Of a stretch of 64,000 bases of DNA, positions 45,417-60,041 are shown piece after piece. A program made the position numbers and the translations under genes. Source of the stretch: Chrysomallon squamiferum (Eukaryota; Animalia; Mollusca); contig CM022679.1 in the NCBI GenBank assembly GCA_012295275.1, positions 24,180,001-24,244,000 of the forward strand. The letters are read 5' to 3'. The notes under the pieces are model-generated. The model ran no database searches and was not told the origin of the DNA. It saw only the letters and a list, made by a program, of their open reading frames with translations. The first letter of the stretch is position 1. Every line of letters starts with the position of its first letter.

Positions 45417-46668
45417 ATTTTGAAATGATTTAATGTCCTTGTTTTATTTAAATTAACAAAATAGGGAAGAGGAAGTACATGAAGTGTATCACAATTTCAC
45501 ATTGATGACAATCTGGCCTAGTACTGAATTCTTTTCAACGTGAAACATTACAAATTTACCATAATTAACAGTTAATTGATGTATTTATATTTGTACCCTT
45601 ACATGTACATAATGGCAAAACATTTTAATACTGAATCTTAACCAAGCAAAAAAGAAAAATATTTTTAACATTCACTGTAGCTGCTAAATGAATTACAAAT
45701 GTAAAGTTTATACCACTGTATGATTCTGGCAATTGATGAATACAAAAATGTCTGCATTAAAAGACATTTTCTTTGATTTATCATTTATTAAAGAAATTTA
45801 TTTAGTAATTTTTTTTCGTCTGTTTAATGAAAATGCTATATGACGTATACTTGATCACATAATTTTTTATCCAGCAATTTTTCTGGATTTATCTTGGTGT
45901 TTCAAAAGCTACTGTATATCTTTGGCCAACTAAGTGGAATTTCCAAAAATTCTCTTGTTTAGCATTTACTTCTTTATCATGGTTGGGAAAGGAGCCAGAA
46001 AGGAATAGTATTTTCTGGGGTTAAATATAAACTATCCATACTTTTGATGTTTTTTTAAAAAGCCCTTTTTTTTTTTTTTTTTTTTATACTGTTTTACAGT
46101 ATTTTAAGTTATCAGCAGATTATAAACATAATATTTTGGTTTGTTCCTTGAATAAACCACAATAATAATTTAAACGTAAACAAAATTGTTAATATTTATT
46201 ATCAAAAAGTGATTTTCTACAAAATAAAAACCTACAATAGATGGTCTACCTGTCAACAATTTTGTATCAACGTTCACAACAATAAATAACTGCAACCAAA
46301 TACATTATCTTTTTATCTATTTTTAGCTACACTTTCAAAATGCTAATGAAATATATATTTAAAGAGAATATTGCATTTTCACGGAAAGTGAAAGCAAAAT
46401 ATTCGAATGAATACTTAGATTTATTTTTCAGTTATTTTTTTTATTATTACTTTTTTTTTTTTTTTTTTTAATGAATAGGCGAAGGTGTATTTTTCTTGGC
46501 GGGGGGTCTGTATTACCGAGTAAAAAGAGGAATGTCATTACGACTGAAATTAAAAAAATGGTACTGCCTTTAACCCCTAAAATAAAACAAAAAGTATATT
46601 CGGGAGTGAAAATAAACTGTTGGGGGGGGTTGTTAATCTGGCACCAGTGAAACAGAATACCGATCCTT

Positions 46669-47151
46669 TTAACTGTCCGTTTTTCTATTTTTCCTAAACC
46701 TCCTAAACTTTCTTAGTCGTAACGATCTCAGCCTCGCTCTCCTTGCCTTTAACATCGCGTACCAACGTCTGTAGGCGGGAGACCTTCGTCTGCCTTTCTG
46801 ACAAGCAGCGCAACACATTTTTCTAAAACCAGCCAGACGACATTTCTTTGATGTCGCTGTTTTACAAAATGGGTATTTGTCCTTGCAAGCCATGTCCCTC
46901 TGAGATACTGGAAAATAAAGTTATATCTGTGAAATATGCACACGGCTAAAACAGTACCTTAACTAGAGCAGGTCACGTTTCCTGGGCGCCATATATGTTT
47001 TATTTTAAAATACCAGTACGTTTTGAGTTTTTTAGTTAAAAACAATTTGTATTTACGCCTGCTCGTTCAGTCATAATTACGCTTCTGAACGGTATGCAAA
47101 AATAAATTTAAAAATAGCAAAAATGTTAGTATTATTATTATTATTATTAAA

Positions 47152-47202
<51 letters not shown>

Positions 47203-48585
47203 TTGTTTATATTTTTTTATTATTCAATCTTTTTTTTTTTTTTTTTTTTTTTTTTTGTATTTGTTGTCCGGGTACCATCGTTAAAACACTGGCAATTTAT
47301 TATTGTCTTTGCCTCATTTGTTTTATTTTAACTTTATTCTTGTCAATGTTTTACAATGAAAGAACAGTATATATATTAATATATATAATATATTATACAT
47401 TTACACAACGACAAGAACTCGTTAATACTTACATCGGCACGGTGGACCGCTACATATTTTTTCTGAGGATGGTTTGTGTGGGTAACACAGTTTCGGATTG
47501 GGAGAACCTTCTTCCACACAGTAAACTGGCCTCTTCATTACACCAATACCACAGTTCTTAGAACACTGGAGAAAAATTGAAGTAAAACGGTAATGAATAT
47601 TTTAAATCTGAGTAATTAATTCATTAATTATAAACAAGAAACACGAATACATTAAGCGTATTATACTGAGAAAGATAACGTTTTAAAAAACTGTTTTACA
47701 TGATAGGATAAGGTAAATATTAGCTATCAGCAGTTATTGTATTTTATACAATTCTATGTTCGCGTAGATAAAGGAACAGAACATAACTGGTTATAAAACT
47801 TGAAACGTAAATACAGCTAACGCCTAATGAATAATGTATTTTTCTTTTTATTTCTTTCTTTTTTTTTTTTTTTTTTTTTATGTTCACTATTATATTTGGG
47901 CTGGTACAGATGCAAATCATTTATAAAACTGAACGTTATATTATATATGTGTGTGTGTCTTGTTATTGCTGTTATTATCAATCTTATTCTTAGTTCATTA
48001 ATGTATTTATTTATTATTTTATCTTGTTTTTCTCTCTTTTTTTAACAACCTCCTTAGTTTTTCACTCTCAGAATTGTATCTTAAAATCAGTTCTTTACTT
48101 TGTTGTCCTTAGTTTAGAAACACTGTTCAGTGACATATAAACGTAGATAAATAAAAAATAATAATAAAAACAGGATACGTCGGTTGGTGAAAACGAGGGA
48201 GAAACTCTCTATTACTTGCATCATTTTGTTTATTAGCACGACTTAAGCATTGTAACTATCAGCTGTTAGCATAAATGTTGTAGTCCTTTTTTTGTTTTTC
48301 TTTTGTTTTTTTTTTTTTTTTTTTCTTTGCTAGCAGTTATGAATAACGATAAATATTCAAATATTATTCATTAGATTCATCCATTTCAAAACAAATGTAA
48401 TGTCAGTAAAAATAATCAGCAGACTCTTTGTCACTAATAATAATTTTGCGGTCAGACTGAATTACTAATCACAAAAATGTGATTATTTGTGACGTTAAAC
48501 GTAAAAAAGGCGATGAGCTAATATTTTACCTTTGTTAAGAGAACGTAAGAGAAAGTGTGAATTCGTTATAATATATTATTATTAA

Positions 48586-48639
<54 letters not shown>

Positions 48640-49649
48640 GAAAGCCGGAGTAAACAACAGTGTTCATAATATGTTGTCATTAATAAAAAAAATTAATAAT
48701 AATAACAGCCACAATAATAATAATAACAACAACAACAATAATAATAAAATTAATAATAACAAAAACCGCCATAATAACAGTAATAATATTAGAAATAGAA
48801 AACAGTGGTAGCAGCAGTAGTCAAAATAAACGACCTTTCCCCATTCTCCCACTGTCCAGTTTTTCAGACATGGAAAATCATTGCACGTTTCCTCGTCAAT
48901 CGGTTCGTCAAGATGAGAACATTTGTCCATGGAGGCCGGCGCGTACGTCCCGTTCTTGTAGACAACCTCACAACTGAACAGTCTCCTCTTAACTCCGCCC
49001 TCTCCACACGTGACGCTACAGTCGCTAAACTCGTTTGACATTACCCAGTTGTATCTGAAAAAGAAAAAGAAAAAGCATTTGAAATAAGGCCTTTATTAAA
49101 TAAACGGAAATAGGTCGTTAGCAGATACAGGTAAATGGTTATGATATTTCTTTGCACAAAGAAGTGTGTGTTGTAGTCTTACAAAAAAAGAAATTTCTGA
49201 TTCTATGAAGTTATGACTAAGAATAAAGAAAAAAAAAAGAAAAAAAAAGAAACACGGAATGGGATTATTAATTAAAATGATTTTTATAGGATCAGTGTGA
49301 ATGATTCCGTTTCCATAAATCAACAAGCGAGACATGAACGATAAACGATTAACAACAATTGAAGAACATTACGTCATTATCCCATACCGATCAAAAAGGG
49401 AACACTGATATCAGAAAGAGAAAAAAGACTGATGTTAAGGGCAACCATTCTTATTCATAATGATGGCTGCCAGCTCTGAAAAAAAATATAAAAAAATAAA
49501 CTACAAAACAAAACAGATCAGAAATTCTAAAATTTCAGTAAGGTTCAGTTTAGGTTACAGTTTTGTTTATGATAAATTGTAAGCCCAGTTTATCCACTTC
49601 TGAGATGATGACATAAACATAATGCTGATATGTTAAAGAAAAAATTATA

Positions 49650-49688
<39 letters not shown>

Positions 49689-49689
49689 T

Positions 49690-49752
<63 letters not shown>

Positions 49753-50103
49753 TAAATAAATACTTGTATTCTTCACATGGTTCTCTGTGACATGTTGCTT
49801 GATCTTTTCTCGGCGGGTCTAGATAACTACACATTTCATCATTTAGTCTCTGTCCGCTTCCCTTGTCAAAACAGCCGTGTATGATTGTCTGAACACCTGA
49901 TAATGTACACAGAATGTTCTGAAACAGTTTGTATGAAATTTGAGACAAACAGGTTTATATATATTTGAAGAAAAAGTCCGATGATAATTGATTACAATAT
50001 CAATCAGAAAACAAATGGTAGTGGATGATAAAAAAAGAAGACAAAATCATCATAAGTAAGAAATGAGCAGCCGAAACAGTCATCATCATCATCATCATCA
50101 TCA

Positions 50104-50161
<58 letters not shown>

Positions 50162-50573
50162 CTTTGGGCACCAACCAGTTCCACAGGTTACAGAACAAGC
50201 GGACCACTTTTCAAACTTCCACTTGTATTTGTATTTCTCTAGCGTGTGGTCATCTTTGTTCACAGTGTACGTGTACGTGATCGCAGCCTTTTTCCTGTGT
50301 TTGTTGGGATAAAACTGTAAAACAACGTCATCAGTTATTTGCAGACATTTCATAAAAGCAATTTGTCTATTAAGACTGAGTCATTTTTCCGACGCAAATA
50401 TCCTGTGTTAAAAAACTTTTCGTCTTTCGCTTTTCTGCGTTGAAGGAAATAAATAATGAAAAATGTTCAAATATGTAGATATAAATTAAATTCAAGCTTA
50501 TTAATACTCTTAAAATAAGCCTGAAATGGAAAAAATGTAAATAATATTATCATCATCATCATCATCATCATCA

Positions 50574-50620
<47 letters not shown>

Positions 50621-53600
50621 TAAGTGTCGTTCTTTTATGAACAAACGTAATCGCTCTGAAACATTAATCAAATAAAACAATTTTTACATTTTTCAGAGGG
50701 ATCTGTAATAAATATTGCTATTGATAAATATTTTCCCCGTTTTATATTTTCTTTACATCATTATCCAAAGTCCCTTCAGCCATCTTATATTATCAGAAAG
50801 TTAATACAGATATATTACAAATTTAATAACTGTAATAAACAGTGGGATGCAGATTAGCATAAACATTATAACTGCCAAATATCTGTCTAGCTAGCTAACT
50901 AAAACTATATGTTTGTCAGTCTTTCTATCTATCATTCTCTATGTATCTGTAAACATTTAAACTTCATGCATAGCAAAAAATGAGAAAAAAGTACAAATAT
51001 TAAGACATTAGATATAAAAACAAAGTCTGTATAATAAAACTAATTCAAACGATTCGAGATGCAGTGAGTATCTGTATATATACGTATTTAATATATGTGA
51101 TTAGATTAACATTATAATTTCACACCTTACCAGTGTGAAAATTACGTTATGTGGAAACTAAAAAATAGTTACTAATTAGATGAAGAATATTTACAGCAGA
51201 TTAAGTATTGAAAACTGGGAACTTCCCCCTTATCACAATTACCCTATCTGAAGCAAAAAAATAAAAAAAAATAAAATAAAAAAAATATTCAAAATAATTA
51301 TATTGCTTGAAAAATTTGTTTCTTTTCAGTTTCAGCCTTTGTTAATAATTTCAATAAAATCTTATGCTGAAATTTTTTTATTCACTTATTATTTCTATGA
51401 AAGGCTTTTTAATTTTTTTTTTTTTTTTCAAACTTGCTCTTGAAATGAAATATGCAATAAAAAATTAATAAAATAACAACAGCAACAACAAAAAACAACA
51501 ATAATAATGATGATAATAATAATAATAATAATAACAAAAACAACAAAAATAATAATAATAATAATAATAATAACTCATCAGCACTGAAAAATGTATTCCT
51601 GACAGGTAACAATTTTTTTTTTTTTAGATAAAATAATGATTAAAAGCTAATAAAAAATTGAAAAGTGTACTTCTGTCACTACATTATAATGACAATTATT
51701 TTCGCTATGTAAGTAAAACTGTTAATACATCATGCAAAATATATTTTTCAGTTTCCACAAAACGCCGGACGCGCATTGATAAAAACATGACCCAGATGGC
51801 TATCCTCCTCCATTGTCTTCATGTTCCTTTCTTTTTTCTTTTTAAATAATACAATAACAACCCCCACCCTCACACCCACCGTAGCTGCACCCACACAGGA
51901 TAGCCACAAATTGTGGTCTGTTGGTTAACAACTTTTAACCGGAAAAATGTAATCACTAATTCCCTTGTGATTCTGTAACTTCTTTTTTTTCTGTTTTTTT
52001 TAAATATTTTTGCCGAGAAAGTGTCTTTAAAAATTGATAACCAACAAACCATAATCTCCAGGTTTTTCATCAACGGTCCCCGCGAGACGAGGCTCTCGAA
52101 GCTGCTGCCCACGGTGTACACGAAGGCGGCTCCGTGTGCTATGAATTTCTGCGAGCGTTCTTTTCTTTTGTCTCCGTTCAGCAGGTAATTTCCCTTTTCC
52201 GGATCCTTGACCGCTGTAACAAAATAAATAATAAGTGTATTTATGCATACGCACGCGCGCGCACACACACACAAACAGATGTTAGTTACGGCAACATTTA
52301 AGTTACGTTTATGATTCATTGTACAAAGAATATATAAATATTGCATTTAATGGGGTATCTGCATTTTGACGTAAAATTGCTTAGAAAGATTATATTAAAT
52401 TTAGATACGTTTCACTAGTCAAATAAATAAAAGATACAAACAGTAAATACACAAGAGGTCACAAACCCAGAAACTGTGGCGATTCCTCCGATTTGGTAAT
52501 TTCCATATTTCTTGCTCCAGATGGAAGAAAAACTATTTGTTCATATTCGTCAGCTGAAAGTAGTTTGGCATTCTCGTTTTTTATTTTACAGTTGAACTGC
52601 GACATATATTCCATACTAAAATAGCACAAATATACACTGCACAATAAAAGCGAGTCTTTATTCAATTTAAAAATAAAAATTAGAAAGACAATATTAACCG
52701 GTAGCGATTTTCTAATTCATGTTTAACACGTAAAACAACTGTTATAAATTACCTTTTAACGGAACTTTGGTAAAACTGCCTTCCACCGTTTTACAGCCAG
52801 AACCATCACCATCACACACACCGCAAGCGTCAGCAACTTTAGTCGAGTTGGCAACTCCATCACAACCAAGTCTCTGTAAGAACAAAACATACTAATTCTG
52901 TATTTCATTATAACCAAGTCTCTGTAACAACAAAACATACTAATTCTGTATTCCATCACAACCAATTCTCTGTAAGGACAAAACATACTAATTTTGTATT
53001 CCATCACAACCAATTCTCTGTAAGGACAAAACATACTAATTTTGTATTTCATTATAACCAAGTCTCTGTAACAACAAAACATACAAATTCTGTATTCCAT
53101 CACAACCAAGTCTCTGTAACAACAAAACATACTAATTCTGTATTCCATCACAACCAAGTCTCTATAACAATAAAACATACTAATTTTGTATTCCATCACA
53201 ACCAAGTCTCTATAACAATAAGCATACTAGTTCTGTATTCCATCACAACCAAGTCTCTATAACAATAAGCATACTAGTTCTGTATTCCATCACAACCAAG
53301 TTTCTGTAAGAACAAAACATACTAATTCTGTACTCCATCACAACCAAGTCTCTATAACAATAAAACATACTAATTTTGTATTCCATCACAACCAAGTCTC
53401 TATAACAATAAGCATACTAGTTCTGTATTCCATCACAACCAAGTCTCTGTAAGAACAAAACATACTAGTTCTGTATTCCATCACAACCAAGTCTCTATAA
53501 CAATAAAACATACTAATTCTGTATTCCATAACAACCAAGTCTCTATAATACAAAATAAACAAATTCTGTATTCCATCACAACCAAGTTTCTCGAACAACA

Positions 53601-54178
53601 AAACATACTAATTCTGTATTTCATCACAACCAATTTCTCGAACAACAAAACATACTAATTCTGCATTTCATCACAACCGAGTCTCTTTAAGAACAAAACA
53701 TACTAATTCTGTATTTCATCACAACCAAGTCTCTATAAGAATAAAAAATACTAATTCTGTATTCCATCACAACCAAGTCTCTATAAGAACAAAACATACT
53801 AATTCTGTATTTCATCACAACCAAGTCTCTATAAGAATAAAACAAACTAATTCTGTATTCCATCACAACCAAGTATCTGTAATAAAAAATATCCAAATTT
53901 TATATTACATCAAAACCAAGTTTCCGAAACAACAAACTATACAAATTCTGTATTACATCACAACAAAGTTTCTGAAAAAACAAAATACACAATTTCTATG
54001 TTTCATCAGAACAAAATGTATGAAAAAACTAAATTTCCTATCAGTAAAAATTACAATTTTCAAAAATGTATTATTTTTTCTGATCAAAAACAGTAATCTC
54101 TAAAAGCGTAACTTTAAACGGATCAGGATGAAAACAAAACAGTTTTTATCTTATCAGTCTGAAATGCTGATGCCATCG

Positions 54179-54210
<32 letters not shown>

Positions 54211-54403
54211 TTTAATATTGATACAGTAAATACACAGTGAATACTCACGTGGCATTTTCCATCAATACAGATCGAGTACGGGTCGTCATAAGAACACGGT
54301 GTTCCATCCTCCACAACGACGTCAATTGTAACAACTTCGTGTGTTGCCGACGATATACACGTTTGTTTACAATAATCAGAGGCTGCAAAAAGATTATTAT
54401 TAC

Positions 54404-54448
<45 letters not shown>

Positions 54449-54657
54449 TGCTGCTGCTACTACTACTACTACTACTACTTATACTGCTAGTGCTGCTGAT
54501 TCTGCTGTTGATGCTGCTACTACTACTACTTCTACTATTGCTGCGACTGATATTGTTGTTATGTGCACTGCATTTATTCAAAATGAAAATACAGAAGTCA
54601 TATATAGCAGCAGCAGCAACAGAGAATCAGCAGCAAGCAGCAATGGCAGTATATATG

Positions 54658-54748
<91 letters not shown>

Positions 54749-54983
54749 TGGGATGATGACAGCAGCAGAAGATATTTACACTAAAGCCTAAAGGTATGTT
54801 TTCGCAGTTTCACTGCATTGCCTGTCGGTTTGGTGTAACGGTACAAGTGTAAGACATAATTTAACCTCGTTTAGCTTGGTATGGTTTCCACGAGTGAGAA
54901 CCACGTCTTATGTTCATCTCGTCCCAAACACTGCACTGACCAGCCCTCATGTCCACCCATTGTTTACACTTCTGTGAAACAAA

Positions 54984-55022
<39 letters not shown>

Positions 55023-58000
55023 ACAGATATTTCTTTAGAAGAATTCTTACCTAAGATTTACTTAAATAAAATCATGTATTTAGTTATATCCAGTGTTTGT
55101 TATTTTAATATTAATTTATTTTTATAAACATATTATTATCAAATATTTTCTATAGACTAATTTAAAATTAAAATGTTTCGTTTAATTTTTGTTTAATTTT
55201 CTCAGAATAATAAAATTACTTTTGACAAACATGTTCCAGTTTCTTCTTTCTTTCCTTCGCACGGCTTTCCGCCAAAATCAGGACTTAAAAAATATAGTGT
55301 ATATTGAATAAATAATATAAAAGTTCAAGCACAATTAATAGAAACAGTATGATAGTAATGCTCTTTTCAAAATATTCAATCGGATCATTAGATTAATGAT
55401 CACAGATTATTTGCTTTTAGATGAAAGGAAGAAATGGGATGAAAAAAAAAAATGATAAATATTTTATCAGCTACATTATTTTGAATTTGCTATTTGAGAA
55501 AAGTAACTCAATAATGTTTAATATTTGTGTCTACATTTGACAGTAAGAAAATATTAAAATCCACTTCCACTGTACAGAATAAATGTGTGTGACACTATCT
55601 AAGCTCATTTTTACACTACTGGTAAATGGAAAGCAAAAAAGTGATATTTCTAACTTATACAAAATTATAAAATTTAATCATAACAAAAAAATAAGTTTAA
55701 AACATCAGAAGACAGGAATGAAGGAATAATGAAAGTTAAAAACAAGCTACCTGGGGTTGTCACATTTTCTCTCTCGATACCTGAGCCCCACCCCACAGTC
55801 CGTGGTACAGGACGACCACATGCTCCAGGCACTCCACCGCCCATTTACAGGCTTTTCATGCCCCACGTACGTGCATTTGTTACTTTTACATCGCTAAAAA
55901 TAATAATGAGATTATAACTGTGAAATGACTTTTTGATAAATATGTTAACCAAGACAAAACATATTATATATACGATTAGGAAAGAGTAAAGGGAACTGAA
56001 GTGCATAGTTTTGAAAGATAAAAAAGAAACATATATATAAAATATAATATATTGTAAAAAACGATAAAACGGGTATCTGAATCACAAAATTAAAAATTAA
56101 AAAAAAATGAAAAAAATCAAATAATAATAATAATAATAATAACGACAAAATGATTATTCAAAATGATATATGTACGTATATATGTGTGCATATATAACTG
56201 TTCGTATGTATGCATTTATGTATCTGTTTTGTATCTCTATGTATGAATGCATATACATATATATGTATATCTACGTATATGTATATATGAATTACTGTTT
56301 GTAGGTATGCACGTTTTAATGTAGGGTATGCACGTACTTATGTACGCGCTTATAATGTTTGTAATTGATTAACGAAGTAAATTCAATATATCGTCAATAA
56401 AGACTGTAGCACATTGCGTACTCCAGCTTACACTAAACTACTGAACTCAGATATCTTATACACACCAAACTACTGAAATCAGATATCTTATGTACACTAA
56501 ACTACTGAACTCAGATATCTTATACACACTAAACGACTGACAGACAGATATCTTATACACACTAAACTACTGAACTCAGATATCTGATAGACACTAAACT
56601 ACTGACAGACAGATATCTTACACACACTAAACTACTGACAGACAGATATCTTACACACACTAAACGACTGACAGACAGATATCTTACACACACTAAACTA
56701 CTAAACTCAGATATCTTATAGACACTAAACTACTGAACTCAGATATCTTATCCACACGGGCTTCCTGAACTCAGATATCTTATAGAGACTAAACTTTGAT
56801 CTCGATATCTCATATACACAAACTACTGAACTCAGTTATCTTATAGTGCTAAACTACAACTCAGATATCTGCATATACACTAAACGACTGACAGACATAT
56901 CTTGTCACACTAACCGTATCACAGACAAGTTAAACAACCAGTACAACATGATGTCAACAGGGCATTAGTATCACAGCAGTTTAAATTGTATAATAACATA
57001 TTAGTTCGTATTGATGCATATAGGTATTTTGTATCACAACAGTTTAAAAATATAATGCATATTAGTATACTGATGATAATACGTAATTTGTATCACAGCA
57101 ATTTAAATAACTAGTACACATGATGTTAACAGGTAATTTGTATCACAACAGTTTAAATTAATACACATTAGTATATTGATGTTAATAAGTAATTTGTATC
57201 GCAACAGTTTAAATAAATAACTCAGTAATGTTTAATATTTGTGTCTATATAAAATATATTAAAATTCACTTCAATATTAGTATCACTGATATTAATAAGG
57301 AATTTGTATCACAGCAATTTAAATAACTAATACATTTTAGTATACTGATGTTAGAAAGTAGTTTGTATCACAACAGTTTAAATTGATAATACACATTAGT
57401 ATGCTGATGTTAATAAGTAACTTTTAGCTGTAGATTAAAGATTAAATGATTCATGCTATCAGAAATAAACTTAGAAAGAAGGAAAACGAGGAAACGTTAA
57501 AAATAACTAAAGAATAATATAAGTAAATTAGTACATAAATACTAAAGTAATTTAAATAACTAATTATTGTATATAATACGAATCATTATTGTATATAATT
57601 ATTGAATATAATTCTACAGAGATAACGTAAGGAATGAAGCATATCTTTTACTTTATATATTACATTAGTTTGTTAGAATTTTACACGAGTAACTATTAAT
57701 AGTAAATAAAGTTATTTGTACTATAATTATTATTAATTAATTTTATTGATTACGCTATATTACGAAAATAATACTGATTATAGAAATATACAAAAGGAAG
57801 TATAATAAATAAACAAAAATAACCTTAAATTAATGATATTATGTACTGCATTAATCAAAACAGATAATTTATTAGAAAATTAAAAATTATATTAAAACAT
57901 TAAAGTCAGTTAAAATATGAAAGGGAGTTATTAAAAATTAAGTTGAAGAAAGAAACATTAGTAAGATGAAAGACGACAATGACAACGAAAATAAACCTTA

Positions 58001-58141
58001 AGCAAAAAGCAGGAGGTATAAAATAAAATAAAATAAAATAAAATAAAATAAATAGCAATAAATAATCGAAAAAATAATAATAAACAGAAACGTGAAATAA
58101 AAGCAATAGCTTGCAATGTATATTAAATAGCTAAAATGCAA

Positions 58142-58194
<53 letters not shown>

Positions 58195-58722
58195 AAACGT
58201 TGTGTATCGCTGACTCAACTCAAGTGCGCTGCATAGTAAGTGAACAGTTAACACTCAGATTCTTGTGACTTCTTGAACTGACCTCAAAAAGTAGTTTTTA
58301 TTTTATTTTTTATTATTTATTTATTTTATTTTTTTTTTTTTTTTTCATTTTTCTTTTCTTTTGTTCCTCAAGTTTATCTGTGTTTTTATAATTAAAAAAA
58401 AAAAAAAAAAAAAAAAAAATTTAAAAATAAGATAAAATTCAAATTTTATTCTTTTTTTAAAATCATCATAATTTAATTTGCGATTCTCCCGTCAGGCATA
58501 CTGTTTCTGTTTTATTTAATTTTTGACAATTTGTTTTTATTTTTGGTTTTAAAAGTCTATCATAATTTTAATTTTTTTATTATCAGAATTTTTGTTCTTA
58601 TTTTTTTTAAAAAAAAGTTTTAATTATTAATAGTCTCAGTTTTAATTTTAACAAATTGGCTAATTAACAATTATTTTGTTTAAATTATAATAAAATTTTT
58701 ATTTAATTTATTAATTGTTTTC

Positions 58723-58787
<65 letters not shown>

Positions 58788-59333
58788 TGAATATGCCAGA
58801 TAAACTTTTTATTTACTGAAAAGAAAAGGCAGTTAATTTTTCTTTAATTTTACTGAAAAACTTGTTTATTGGATTTTTTTTTTATTTTTTTTTTTTTTTT
58901 TTTTTAAATGCCAATAATTATTTTATTATTTCTTTGAAGAGGTCAGTTAAAGATGTGTCACGTGTCTACTTACTGTCTTGCAGAGTGAAAACTGTTCTCC
59001 AAACTCCAGCCTACACTGTTGTTCCAGAGTCCAGGGGATGCCCAACAAGGCCGGTAACTCTGGCACGTCCTTCAGTCTGTATGGTTCGTCATCCAGACAG
59101 TACAGATAACTGTATTTTATAACGTTATTAATACTGTATAAATTTATGTATCACACAGAATTAGATACTATAAGTTATCATATAATACGTTAACAATATA
59201 TACATACATACATATATATATGCATATATACATTATAATTATAATTAATAGAAACAGTAAAAATAATTACAATATATCTATTCTATCTAACGTAAATGTT
59301 ACTGAAGGAAAAATTGAACATTGAAAAAAACAT

Positions 59334-59413
<80 letters not shown>

Positions 59414-59542
59414 TCTCTCTCTCTCACTCTCACTCACACATAAACACACACACACACACTCTCTCTCTCTCTCTCATGCACATACAACTTGAACAAATTT
59501 CATATATAAATTGTTATTTTAATTAATTAATTAATTTTAATT

Positions 59543-59575
<33 letters not shown>

Positions 59576-59973
59576 TTACTAGGCTCACTCAATGACTTGT
59601 TTCATACGGTTACTGCTACATCTTGACCACCAGAAATGATTCATCTTGGCTTCCACCAATGGCGCCATTATAGCCGTCCTGTACCTCGATCCATAACAGT
59701 TGTTACCATGACCGTCATGCATCAAGCCAAACCTTCAAAATAAAAATAGAAATAGAAAATTCAATCATCCAGATTTAACAAATTTATTGTATAATAGCTC
59801 ATATATAAATTAATCGAACTGTAAAACACATGATTGCAGTAGGTACATATCAAAATCCATTATTATTATTATTATTGTTGTTGTTGTTGTTGTTGTTGTT
59901 ATTATTATTGTTATATTATTATTATTATTATTATAGTTATTATTATATTATCATTATCATTATTATTATATTA

Positions 59974-60041
<68 letters not shown>

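Noticed and set aside
52756-53896. Repeat-protein ORFs (MEYRISMFCCYRDLVV)n
   Set aside because: Off-frame reading of the 48-bp intronic minisatellite; 47-bp units break the frame, and the region is an ADAMTS intron.
52856-54030. CRISPR-like appearance of regularly spaced repeats (also 56428-56915)
   Set aside because: Units are contiguous with no unique spacers, there are no cas genes, and the context is a eukaryotic intron.
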